From Oculina patagonica (lineage: Eukaryota), in contig NC_135769.1 in the NCBI RefSeq assembly GCF_052425735.1, forward strand, positions 29,760,001 to 29,824,000: a DNA stretch of 64,000 nt, given 5' to 3'. Each line of letters begins with the position of its first letter. Positions within the stretch are counted from its first letter, which is position 1. This document shows positions 36,801 through 47,720 of this stretch, in pieces. The position numbers and the translations under genes were made by a program. The notes under the pieces were generated by a model. The model was not told the DNA's origin. It saw nothing but the letters and a program-made list of their open reading frames with translations, and did not search any database.

Positions 36801-39669
36801 GGCTTCGATGGCTTTCAGGTACAGTTAAATTTTCCCTTCATTTATGACAAGCTTTTCTGTTGTATCTCCGTTCATAAGTATTCCTTTTAACGTTCCTCTC
36901 AGGTATCAAACCAGTGCATGGCTTTAGTACGCGATGACTGCCTGGTCCCCACAATAGATGAACCAGGCCTGGGCTACATCCGGGAATCCTCGAGCGATCA
37001 ATACGTCCCGGATGTATTCTATAAGGTTGGTATGTTTAGGGAATGAACTTGAACCTAAAGTCAGCCTATGATCCTCATGTCCGAGATTAATTTTGCTTTT
37101 TTTTTTTTTCTGTGTAGACAACTGATTCATACAAAAACGAGGTGACCCTACTAGCACGTCCAATGCCTATAGAGTATGTTTTAGTGCAGGTAGGTGTCGT
37201 TAGTTAGTCTGATTTTCTAACGACTCTCCAATCAGTAAACAACCTGAAAAAGGGGCCTATTACCACAGCCGCCTTGTACGATTTTGTCGCTTGCAGGTGC
37301 CGGCTGCTTTTCCTGTAGAGCCACAGTTCACTTTCTCCAACCAGGTTCAAGGAGAACCTTTTCCATTAGAAAACCGCTCTAGTATTGGAGAACTTCAGGT
37401 GAGAAAAGCAATAGACATTGTACAGTGTCTTTTCCTCTTACTAACATAATAGACATCATTGTCAACTAGGTTGAAAGAAGATTTACGGAAGATTACGAAG
37501 ATTTACGGAAGCGCCGCTTTGTTGTTGAATTTGTCTTGTCTTGTGGTATGATTCACTCAATCATACAGTGTAAGGCCGCGCGGATGGTGGACTATTTTAA
37601 CGTACATGTTGTAGTTGCTCTAGTAAGTTAGTAAGGCCCAGACCAAACGTCGAACTTTTAGACGAACCAAATTCTAGTTTTGGACGACCCAAACAGGTAA
37701 AGCTCGACCGTTGGGTCAAACGATGAACATAATTCGTCGAACCGACCGTCGAACCAAATTCAGACCAGCAAGAACGAATATTTCGAGGCTAAAAATACAT
37801 TAACATACAAATTTAATTTTTTTTTATTAAGTCCGTTTCATGAAAAGATCGACGTTTGTCCCACAGTCGATCTTCACACGTTCTATCCGTCTGAAGCAGA
37901 CGGGTAGAACGTGTTGGTCGATCTTAATTCAGTCGGACGAACTCTACTGAGTCAAACGTCAAACTTTATATCATGAACTTAATTCGCTCAGTTTAGTTCG
38001 TTTCATGTGAAGTTTGACGTTTGGCCCGGGCCTAAGGGTTGGAAAGTAGAAAATTAACTCTTCCATCTGAGCGTTAGCCCTATAAAGGAAATCCGGAGAG
38101 CAGACGAGGCAAAGAGAAATTATTTGACCTCAGTAGGCTTCGAACCTACGACCTCCGGATTAGATCAATGTTGCTCTACCGACTGAGCTACAAGGCCAGA
38201 CGGGGACACAGATCGTGGATAATTAAGGTGGTACTGAATAAGACTTGTTGATTTGTTCACAGGATTTTAACGCGTTAGTAAGATACTTGAACCAGTTTTC
38301 TCCTGATGACTTCTTGTCTGCTATGTCGAATTTTCATCTTTTGGTTTTCCTGGCAACCTGCGACATGCTTCTTTTAAGGGTGAGTACAGTGTTTTATTAG
38401 TGTTAATGTACATAGCTTTTTCACTTACTTACTTTTCGTTACTGTCGGAGGGTCGCAACTTTGGGCGATCGTTCCTTTAAAGTTAGGTAAATCCATAGCC
38501 TTGCGGTGCATCAACTGTGGGATATTATTTTGCTGTTTACTAAATTCTCCGTACTAAAATTTTAGGAATTGTATGAAAGTCAGTAAGGAGATTTGATCTT
38601 TTCATAATCGGACTGACAAGGTTAAAGGTGTGTGTGCCTGTTAATTTTATTTGTTATTTTTGTTATTTTGTGTCATGTGGCTTGTAGGATCACCTAGGAG
38701 AGCTGTGTACAGCGGTTAAAAATAAAGATGCGGAGGCGGCGCGCCGCTGGAGTAAAAGTGAACAGTGGTCCACTGTGGTACAACTCATGCAGGCAGCAAA
38801 TGGTGAGAGAATGTGCACGGATAATATAATACTTTGTGCATCACGTAAAGAGGACTGTTCCTAAAATGTTCCTTCCCCCTCCCCCTTCCCGCTTTCTCCC
38901 CGCGTGTGTACTCCCTGAAATTTTTGGTGGGGCTGCCCGGCACCGTCATGTCCAAATCCTAGCCCTAGTTGAGACCGTCATTTTTTATTACTATTTTCAG
39001 ACCTGGCGGTTCGCGTATGATCTGACGTGAAAACTCGCGCTATATCGTATTGATAGATATATTTTTGGTTACTTCGCTGGCTCTCTTTTGGTCTGCAAAT
39101 AAAGCCCGATAAAAAGAGATAAACACGACTCAAAAGTGTCAAAAGTTCATGTAGTGAATACTAAACAGCACTGCAGTTAGCCTAATTAGCGCTCCGGTTA
39201 GCCTACTTTAGCTTGGGTTGCTTGTGGTTAGCTTTTATAATAGGGTTAAAATTTCTATAACGTAGTGGATATCATTCCCACACGGCATGCCGGCAACCCG
39301 GGTTCAAATCCTCTTGGGCTCAACTTTTTTTAACATAAAAAAAAATAAGTTAAGTGTGATTTATACCTCGTGTATGAAAAAATAAGAAGTCTCACGACAT
39401 GAGCTGAGTGCGAAATAGTCACTCCAGAGTCTCCTTTTTTCCGTTTCAAAATAACTTAAAAGAAGACTGTGCTAGTATAGAATCTTGACTCATGCTAAAC
39501 AAAGAATCTCCTTGCAGCTCCGTCTCCAGAACCACGTGGTGCAGGTGATGTGGACATGGTCGATATGTCCCAGTCTCCCAGCGGTGCAGGTTGGACGTGC
39601 AAGCACTGTACCTTTATTAACCAACATGGACACGAGAACTGCGATATGTGTGGTCTTCCCGAGCACTGA
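24843..39669 (+). CDS. NPLOC4: Nuclear protein localization protein 4 (p97/Cdc48 cofactor), 17 exons
   Basis: Exons 24843-24854, 24943-25023 ([13 protein letters not shown]), 26251-26363, 27279-27476, 27764-27812 ([12 protein letters not shown]), 30997-31091 ([10 protein letters not shown]), 32294-32417 ([19 protein letters not shown]), 34986-35072, 35247-35339 (GFLYGRY...[17 protein letters not shown]), 35972-36257 (VGWIFTDL...FGSKF), 36781-36818, 36903-37025 ([11 protein letters not shown]...YVPDVFY), 37118-37189, 37297-37398 (FPLENR), 38263-38379, 38688-38802 and 39518-39669 ([10 protein letters not shown]...CDMCGLP, NZF finger). AATAAA at 40081. Confidence 0.95.
26472..26612. mobile_element. 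Short MITE with TAG...CTA termini (Academ-like)
   Basis: tagcctgcgaaca...tgttcgcaggcta. Confidence 0.6.
26835..27106 (-). mobile_element. Degenerate tRNA-derived SINE; related copy at about 31500-31691
   Basis: The two copies share ggatgggatg(g/c)tagt, atacacctggg and acacagtgaccc; a degenerate tRNA-like head lies at the right end on the - strand. Confidence 0.55.
27562..27725. mobile_element. Short hAT-like MITE
   Basis: atata|caaggctgtgctctaagg...ccttagagcacagccctg|atata (5-bp TSD). Confidence 0.75.
28062..30757. mobile_element. 2.7-kb non-autonomous hAT-like element with a nested TA-flanked element (28200-29254, TIRs about 125 bp)
   Basis: tgttaa|caaggctgtgttcta...tagagcacagccttg|tgttaa (6-bp TSD). 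Inner ta|caccgcttcttattaaagcgtgaacac...gtgttcacgcttttataagaaggagtg|ta. No transposase ORF seen. Confidence 0.8.
32651..32935. mobile_element. hAT-like insertion with an anomalous GC-rich, T-free interior (NPLOC4 intron 7)
   Basis: ttgta|cagggc...gccctg|ttgta (5-bp TSD); no T from 32723 to 32924. Confidence 0.55.
33570..34930 (-). mobile_element. Possible non-autonomous Helentron/HINE-like element
   Basis: On the - strand: T-rich end, subterminal caaaaatag followed by a (GTCA)n microsatellite; the far end has a cacgc-tta-gtgtg hairpin and ctattttt. Internal direct repeat about 33770-33873 versus 34197-34308. Confidence 0.35.
37635..38032. mobile_element. Harbinger-type MITE
   Basis: taa|ggcccagaccaaacgtcgaactt...aagtttgacgtttggcccgggcc|taa. 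Confidence 0.8.
38050..38197 (-). mobile_element. tRNA-derived SINE or tRNA pseudogene (head at 38126-38197)
   Basis: - strand GGCCTTGTAGCTCAGTCGGTAGAGC...GTAGGTTCGAAGCCTACTGAGGTC has A and B boxes and paired D, T and acceptor stems, but an unpaired anticodon stem. Confidence 0.65.
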
Positions 39670-40168
39670 GGAACGTTTACGAAATTGCTTCTTGTTATTA
39701 ATAAGAACAGCCTGTGGGACAAGCAGCAAGAAAGGGATTGTGATTATCTTTATTTCAAGTCAGCTGAGAGCGTCTTGGAAATATTTGGCCGTTTGATAAG
39801 TTTAGTCCAAGAACTGGGAAAATTCTGCACGTTTTATATTTGATTCCAGTGGACTTGTTTCCGTCGCTGTTCATGTAAGCTCCGTTGTAGAGGAATGCTA
39901 GGGTGTTATTCCACGACAACAAAACTGCGATATTGAGATACGGCTGAATGCTGAAAGCAAAACAAAAGGAACTATTGGACAGAAAATTTTGACACTTTGA
40001 AGTCCAAGGCCTCACGGTATTACACAGATTCACGGTAAATATGATGACAGGCCGGAGTACAAAGATGCCTCATAACAGCAAATAAAACAGTTCAAAGATT
40101 TGACAATCCTTAGTCTGTAGTGTCGGCCGTCTTCTTTTCAGACTAGATAATCCTTTGTTTACCTTTAA

Positions 40169-40557
40169 AGGGACTGTGCCACGGCTGAGTTAAGTTTATT
40201 TTCTTAAGTTTTGCCAAATACTTGCTATGAAAATTAATGCTTGCAAAGAAATTACTTTTCTGGATCCAAATGACAAAAACATAGCTTCATTGCAACCAAA
40301 TGTGTCTCCCGGGCGTTATAATTTAAAGTTACAAGTAAACGAGACTAACTTTGAAAACTGTTCAACCCAACAATATTTCAAAAACCCATACAGTATTGCA
40401 ATCCGTTTCAATCTTCGTCACTTTTGGCCATCCGTACCTTCTTTTGCGTTTGCTATGTTATTGAAATGTCCCCGTATTGTTTTAAGAGGTTATTTTTATA
40501 TGTTTCACCGAATGTGATAGACATTTCATTTTAGCTAAAGTCCGTTACACAGTCCCT
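40169..40557. mobile_element. TTAA-flanked Kolobok-like MITE; partial relative at about 1104-1395
   Basis: ttaa|agggactgtgccacgg...ccgttacacagtccct|ttaa; shares ttcaatcttcgtc.cttttggccatccgtaccttcttttg with 1238-1278. Confidence 0.8.
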
Positions 40558-42436
40558 TTAATCTTCCCATTATCTTTTCTGCACTAAGCAATACTTATTT
40601 AGTTGTCACTTCTTCACCCGTTTTAGTTTAAAGCCCTGATCTTGCCTACTTTAATCTTCCAAAGGTTTCTCGGAAAGCGTTTTTTAATACGCTTCCTCAT
40701 CCATTATCGCCCCCAGTCTCTCTATCCCCCACACCCTTTTCCGATACAACCTACCTCACCCTTCCTTTACAGTGCAACTACTCAAACCAAGGCCACCCAA
40801 GCAAATTCTTTGCAAATTTACCAATAGTGTTTGAGTGTTAAAAGGGTCTTAAAGCGATAAAAAAGGACCTAAATTTATTGCTTCTTAAGTGTGCAGCCTG
40901 CTTAGATTGTTAATATGTTGGAAATCTATATTTAACGTCCGAGGTTTTCATTTATCAATTTGCACAAAATTTTGTGAGGTGGCCTTGGTTGGAGTAGTCA
41001 AACTGTAACAATTGCGGTATATAATATAATCTAAATCACAATAAATAATCTCGTTTTGAATTAATGTGAAGTATACCAAAGTATCGTTGCCTTTTTTTTT
41101 TTAATATTTACTATCTCTCCCCTCTCCCCTACCCACAAATAAAATAGATCCAGACGGGTAGGAGGGGAGGTAGAAGATGGAGCCTGGGTACGAGCAAAGC
41201 TGGGCGCACGAAATGCCACGAGAAGAGAAAACTTCTTTTACTCGTATCTCTTTGGACTGAATCTTTTTTGTTTATAAAACGCGTAGCGGTCACGAGACTG
41301 AATTCTTAGAAGCCAGGTCACAACAAGAAGCAAATTGTGATGATTTTACCCCTTCCATATAGCAAGCACCTTGTGTTGCTTATGTTGCTGCGAGAATTAC
41401 CGTGTTGTAGTTAGACTATTTATAATCTGTTTTCTCACGACAACCTTCCCTCAATTAATAAAGCTCGACTACAGGGCGTGCGTGCACACTTGAAACTTAA
41501 CGTTTCACGTTGCCGGCTTGGTGGGACCAAAGTCGTGCTAGGCAGGAGGGTTACCCTCCATACCGAGCTACCCTAGGCGAAAGAGCTTTCCATTTGCATG
41601 TCTTTATAAACAGCTGCGAGCCGTTTATGTGAGAAATTGCAAAGTTGGCTCGGGGACCAGGGTGACCTCCAGCGTCAATGGGTTAATAAGCCGCTTTTAC
41701 GGAAGCATTACATTTCCCCTGTAGTGTGTACAAAGCAGACATGAAACCATGAAATTGGCGGGTTGAATTTTTAACACAGAAATCACCTTCTACTCCCCGA
41801 CTAGAAAACTACCGTCGCAGGATAATTTGTTGAGTGAAATTTTGAAGGATATGATTTCCTTCATGTTGTTTTATGTTTTTGAAGCCTGTGTGCAGTCGTC
41901 TCCTGTAACATTTTTGCTGAGTATCTTTTCTGTTCAATTCCATTTTAGAGCTGCTTATTGCGTAGCTTTATCAGCGTGAGTGATGTTAAGAATTCAAGAA
42001 CGCGTTGAAATCATGCTTAAATTTTATCTTTATTTACACTAGTTACTCTACGTTATATTATGATAATTACAATTTCGAGGCTGATTTTTTGTCCGCCAAA
42101 GTGGTGCTTTTAAAGTTAAAGAAGCTCTCTGTGCAGTTTCAAAGAAAATGATGTTTCAAAGTGGTCGCACAATCCAACTTAAATGCAAGCTATTTCTGTT
42201 TCATAAATGGTTTCCAGTTTTCTGAACAATTGTCCCATACTCAAGTCAAGTAAAAAGTTAGCTATTGCTCTGGATTTTTGTAGGAAAAACTCCAAAAAAC
42301 CAAAAACTAACTGAAAACCTGCACAAATCATTAGCTTACGAACGCAGACGGATTTGCGCATGTTCACGATACACGCCGCCGAAAAAACACGTCACTACTG
42401 AGATACAAGTTTATAAGCCTGGCTTCTTAGAGTTAA

Positions 42437-43284
42437 AGAGGCTGTCTTTCTGAAAAACCAACCACTCAAATTCGCGTCAAAGAATTATTTTGCTCGAAAC
42501 TCTGGCAAGTGAAAGACTTTACCAAGGCTTGAATTAAAAAAGGATTTGGTTTGATTCAAAATGATCTTCTGGCCACGTTAGGAGACATTAAATATTTTGC
42601 CCCTTCGGGCCCGCCGCAACGTACGCGTCTGTGAAATTAGAAAAAATAGGCATTTTAAATATTCGAGCCGCTGTTAAATATTCATTCGATTTTGATTTTG
42701 CTGATACAAACGGTCATAACTTTTGAAATATTGAAAAGTACATAGGATTTTGCATACTAAGCCGATTAAGGACTTCACTTTTCATCTGTGTAGAGTAGAG
42801 TTATCAGCTAAGTCTCGAAATTGAAATATTCGCTTCTTAATCAAGGTACTTTTTCAGCCTTCGTTCGATTTTGATCAGTAGTGGTCATTATATCCTTGAT
42901 TTTGCATTTCCAGCATGATAAATCGAGGGAAAACTTGCTGTACTTAAATGTCTAATGATAAATTGACATAAAAATTGTCTGTGTTCGATGCGAATGAAAT
43001 ATTTTACAGCGGCTCGAAAAATGCCTATTTTTCTAGTTTTCCAGACGTTGTGGCGGGCCCGAAGGGGCAAAATAATTAAATCTGTTTTAGTTCTAGCCTC
43101 GGTAAAGATAAAGATAAGATAAAATTTTATTGTACACTCCTTAAAAGGTTTTTCAGTGAACAATATAACACATGAAGTATTGCAGCAATGCAAAGTAAAG
43201 TAAAGTCTTTCAGTTGCCAGAGTTTCAAGCAAAACTATTTTTTAACCAGAATTTGAGTGGGTGGTTTTCAGAAAGACAGCCTCT
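42437..43284. mobile_element. TTAA-flanked element with roughly 85-bp TIRs enclosing a second inverted-repeat element (42593-43074)
   Basis: ttaa|agaggctgtctttctgaaaa...ttttcagaaagacagcctc|ttaa; inner tattttgccccttcgggcccgcc...ggcgggcccgaaggggcaaaata. Confidence 0.7.
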
Positions 43285-43359
43285 TAAACTTGTTCACATT
43301 TCTGTGATTGGCACCACATTTCAAATATTATAATAAATGGCCAGAATCTTGATTGTTTA

Positions 43360-44832
43360 TTAAGCAGAGCAGTTACGTTCGTTCAGTGGCGCCGATATGA
43401 ATGCCGGTCTTTGAACTGTCGTGTTAAACATTTGAAAACGATTGGTACATTTCACGGTACTAGCATCCCAGGATTTTGATCTTGGTATGTTGGGGACGAG
43501 GTGGCTTGTATCTTGAGGCTTGATTGCATTTTGTGGCAATTTACGATTACTGGTCTTCGCTCGATATCGCCCGTCACTTTCAGTATGGATTATTGCAGTC
43601 GTTACTACCATGGACGAGGGTTGCTGCAGTTGTAGACCATCTATGGAGCCGCTGACTTTATCAAGCGTAGGAGCTGACATCGATCTTTTCAAGAATATTT
43701 TACGAGACCTTCTATCAATGCCACGATCTGAAACCACAGCCGGGTCGCAGGATGCTGCTCTTTTGACACGGATGTGTTGTTCATCTTTTTGCCGTTCTTG
43801 GACAACTTCCAGTGAACCTAACGGATCCTTTCGTCTGACAAATCGCGCGGCGCCACCCACTGCTGGCTGGATTGCTTCAGCTCTTCTGACTCCTAACAGC
43901 TCTAGCGCAGCCTTTCTAAAGCGGCGGTCTCTGTAGAAGTATATCAGTGGATTCGCTAGAGAGTTGAACTGAAGCAGTATGCCCGACAACCGGAAAGCTT
44001 TACTTGTACGAAGAACTGGGAAAACCTCTCCCAAGAAACCGACAATAATAATCACTGGAGCGAACGAGAAAATCATGGTAGCAGTTATCAAACCAGTCGT
44101 CTTGGCAACTTTGGACTCGAGTTTCGCTTTAGCTATAGCAGCGACTTGGCTGATTTCGTTTATTTTACGTTTGCGTGCTCCAAGAAAAACCATGATGTAG
44201 AAGTATGCTATGATTGTTAAACAAACTACTGCCATAACACTCTTACCTATAAGCCAGGTTTCTTTGATTTTTTGGTCCACGCCAACCACTATCATGACAA
44301 GAGGTGGAAACGAAGCAAAAGGCGCTAACATCCAAGCGACTATCGAGAGTTTTTTGATGCGGCCTCTTGTAACGATAACCTTGTAGTCGATCCACTTTCG
44401 AATTGCCACGTACCTCTCCCAAGAAATTAATGTCAAATGATATAAAGAAGACCAGATAAAAGTAAACAACAAACATTCAGTTGCTAAGCGTAATGTACAA
44501 AACCCAGTGTAATATACCTGGCGGATAATTAACATATCAGCAACAGCAGCTAGGGGCATTGATATTGCGCCCACTAGAAGATCTGCAATTGCCATGCTTG
44601 ATAACAGTAGAGTCGATGTTTTCTTCAGCCCTCTCTTTTTCTTCACGGTTCGGATTACCAGCGCGTTCAAAAAAATGGTAGTGAGAGAAGCAATGAATGT
44701 GATTGGCAATAAAATCCAATGTATTGTGGTTTCGTTGAAATCCCCTGTAAAGTTTGGTGAATGTGGACAACGAATCGCTGACCTGACATTGCTGGAAGGA
44801 GTGGTGCTTGTTTCTGTGACATTTCTGGCCAT
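43360..44832 (-). CDS. Single-exon class A orphan GPCR, 490 aa (inverted paralog)
   Basis: Same family motifs (ADLLVG, SWERY, NPLIY, RFRKA); intact ORF. Confidence 0.93.
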   Translation of the reverse strand: MARNVTETSTTPSSNVRSAIRCPHSPNFTGDFNETTIHWILLPITFIASLTTIFLNALVIRTVKKKRGLKKTSTLLLSSMAIADLLVGAISMPLAAVADMLIIRQVYYTGFCTLRLATECLLFTFIWSSLYHLTLISWERYVAIRKWIDYKVIVTRGRIKKLSIVAWMLAPFASFPPLVMIVVGVDQKIKETWLIGKSVMAVVCLTIIAYFYIMVFLGARKRKINEISQVAAIAKAKLESKVAKTTGLITATMIFSFAPVIIIVGFLGEVFPVLRTSKAFRLSGILLQFNSLANPLIYFYRDRRFRKAALELLGVRRAEAIQPAVGGAARFVRRKDPLGSLEVVQERQKDEQHIRVKRAASCDPAVVSDRGIDRRSRKIFLKRSMSAPTLDKVSGSIDGLQLQQPSSMVVTTAIIHTESDGRYRAKTSNRKLPQNAIKPQDTSHLVPNIPRSKSWDASTVKCTNRFQMFNTTVQRPAFISAPLNERNCSA

Positions 44833-46760
44833 GGTGATTTGAAAGTTTGAACGCAGAGTGGACTATGTTTGATCAGAAAAAAAAACTTGAGCGTTTGGTC
44901 GTGCAACGCGCTTAAGGATTACCTTCGTGCGATGTGCTAGCTTTTATAATGTCGAGGTTCAAAGTTTTAGTTTTATTTCAAGAGGGGAATCGAAGTTCAT
45001 TTCCTGGTAAAAGCATTTCAGGATCGCGAGTAGTGCATTCTCAAAAAAGAGGCAGAAATACAGGAAAACGAATTTCAAAAGAAAGATACACAACTAATAG
45101 GTTGATTGTACGCATCACAAAGAGATTTTGCATCACAATACGTGCAATCGTGAAGCTGGGCGAAACCAATTAGCCGAGTTAATTGCCGCATTAAGCGTGT
45201 GAGTTTTTCAGAGAACATATTGTCCATCACACCGGCTTAGTAATAAAACAAAATGTTGCTGCGCGTCGAAAGAAAGGAATCCAAAATAGAATATTTTTAG
45301 TAGGAAAAATGCACACAATCACAAATGTTAAAGTTGGCCTAGAAAATCATATATACTAGTGAAAAGGACAGATATTTACTTGTATCATGTAATTGTGCCT
45401 TTAAATTGCAAATATAGCGAAGGATGAAACTAACTGTTGGCCATTTCATTTACTTAAAAACCTTTTAACGCTAGGAAATCTCTTCGAAGTGCTAGAACTG
45501 AGTAACTTCTTGCTTAAGTAAATCTATTGAAAATCAGGTAATGGATATTTGCATTCCATTCCACATGTGGTATAGCGAAAACTGCGTAGCTTTTGTGAGC
45601 GACGTTTGGGAAAACTTTTGCAATCAAATTTAGTGACATTTAACTTTTTAATTTTTTGAATATGCTTCCTTTTACAATTACCCTATGTTACATTATCGCA
45701 ATCACAATTTACGACTTTATTGACATATTTTCACGGATACGTACATGGCGCTAAATCACCTGTCCTACAGCCTAATCTACCCAGATTCCTTCTTGGCTAT
45801 TTCTGTTTCATGAACATAATTTTTTTCCAGTGTAAACGATAAATGGAAAATTTGACCGTAACGATCTTTTTCTGACTTCTTGTTCCACCACCGAGTCAAT
45901 TGAAGGTGGAGTTTTGTTACTGTAAACTCTGAAAACCCCCAAATAATTGAAAACATGCACATGTCATTTTTGCTTCTGAACGCAGACAGTCGATTTCCCC
46001 CTGCTGTACACGCCGCCGAAAAATCAAGTCACTAGGTACTGATCAAATAAAGGTCTTGTTTTGAGCTCAATTAAAACAAGAATCATTTAGTTATGGTCCA
46101 TTTTAAATTTATAAACCTAGCTTACAAGCATAAATTGTTTGAAGAAGTTGTAATTTAAATTTGTTCACGGTTCTATGTTTTGCGCCACATTTTAAAACCT
46201 TGTTGTAAACGATCGAGATTCTGTCGTTAATTTTGCAGAACAGTTACGTTTGCTGTGCAGTAATGGCGCCGTTGCCGGTCTTTAAACTTTCGTCTCTTGT
46301 AACATTTGACAATTATGGTTGGCACAATTCACGGAGGCTCTAGTATCCCAGGACTTTGATCTTGGTATGTTACGGACGAGGTGGATTGTATCTTGAGACT
46401 TGATTACATCTTGCGGCAATGCACGATTACTGTTCTTCGCTTGATATCTCACGCCACTTTGAGTATGGATTATTGCAGTTGTCACAACCACGGACGAGGG
46501 TTCTGCAGTTGTAGACCATCTAAGGAGTCGCTGATTTTATCGAGCGTAGGAGCTGACATCGACCTTTTCAAGAATATTTCACGAGACCTTCCGCCATCAA
46601 TGCCACGATCTGAAACCACAGCTGGGTCGCAGGATGCTGCTCTTTCAGGACACGGGTGTGTCGTTCATCTTGTTGCCGTTCTTGGACAACTTCCAGTGAA
46701 CCGAACGGATCCTTTCGTCGGACAAATCCCGCGGCGGCACCCACTGCTGGCTGGGTTGCT

Positions 46761-47720
46761 TCACTGAGGTCTTCTGACTTCTAACAGCTCTAGCGCAGCA
46801 TTTCTAAAACGGCAGTCTCTGTAAAAGTAAATCAGTGGATTCGCTAGAGAGTTCAACTGAATCAGTGTCTCGGGCAACCGGAATGCTTTATTAGTACGAA
46901 AAACTGGAAAAGGTTCTCCCAAGAAACCGACAATAATAATCACTGGAACAAAGGAGAAAATCATGGTAGCAGTTATCAAACCAGTTTTCTTGGCAACTTT
47001 GGTCTCGACTTTTGCCTTAACTTGAGCAGCGACTTGGCTGATTTCGTTTATTTTCCTTTTGCGTACTCCAAGGTAAACCATAATGTAAAAGTATCCGATC
47101 ATTATTAAACAAACTACTCCCACAACACCCTCACCGATATGCCAGGCTTCTTTGATGTTTTGGTCCACGTCAAACATTATCATAAGAAAAGGTGGAAAAG
47201 AAGCAAAAGCCGCTAACAGCCAAGCGACTATTGCGAGTTTTTTGATGCGGCCTCTTGTAACGATAACCTTGTAGTCAATCGTCTTTCGTATCGCCACGTA
47301 CCTCTCCCAAGCGATTAATGTCAAATGATATAAGGAAGCCCAGATAAAAGTAAACATGGAGTATTCATTCGCTATGCTTAATGTACAAAAACCAGGGTAA
47401 TACACCTGGCGAATTATTAATATATCAGCAGTGACAGTTAGCGGCATTGATATTGCGCCCACAAGAAGATCTGCAATTGCCATGCTTGATAACAGTATAG
47501 TCGATGTTTTCTTCAGCTCTCTCTTTTGCTTTACGGCTAGGATTACCAGCGCGTTTAAAATAATAGTAGCGAGAGAAGCAATGAATGTGATTGGCAATAA
47601 TATCCAGTGTATTGTGGTTTCATTTAAATCCCATGTGCGGTTTGAAGCATGTGGGCAATGAATCACTGACCTGACATTACTGGAAGTAGTGGTGCTTGTT
47701 TCTGTGACATTTATGGCCAT
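46761..47720 (-). CDS. Class A GPCR paralog, 319 aa: complete 7TM and helix 8, with the tail lost to a frameshift/stop (tail relic continues to about 46260)
   Basis: A 4-nt insertion (agacctCAGTgaagc versus agacctgaagc) creates TGA just after helix 8; a further +2 indel lies at about 46645. Confidence 0.7.
   Translation of the reverse strand: MAINVTETSTTTSSNVRSVIHCPHASNRTWDLNETTIHWILLPITFIASLATIILNALVILAVKQKRELKKTSTILLSSMAIADLLVGAISMPLTVTADILIIRQVYYPGFCTLSIANEYSMFTFIWASLYHLTLIAWERYVAIRKTIDYKVIVTRGRIKKLAIVAWLLAAFASFPPFLMIMFDVDQNIKEAWHIGEGVVGVVCLIMIGYFYIMVYLGVRKRKINEISQVAAQVKAKVETKVAKKTGLITATMIFSFVPVIIIVGFLGEPFPVFRTNKAFRLPETLIQLNSLANPLIYFYRDCRFRNAALELLEVRRPQ

Noticed and set aside
38126-38197. 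Possible functional tRNA gene
   Set aside because: The anticodon stem (ACATT/TCCGG) does not pair and the sequence continues into a repeat body, so a SINE head or pseudogene is more likely.
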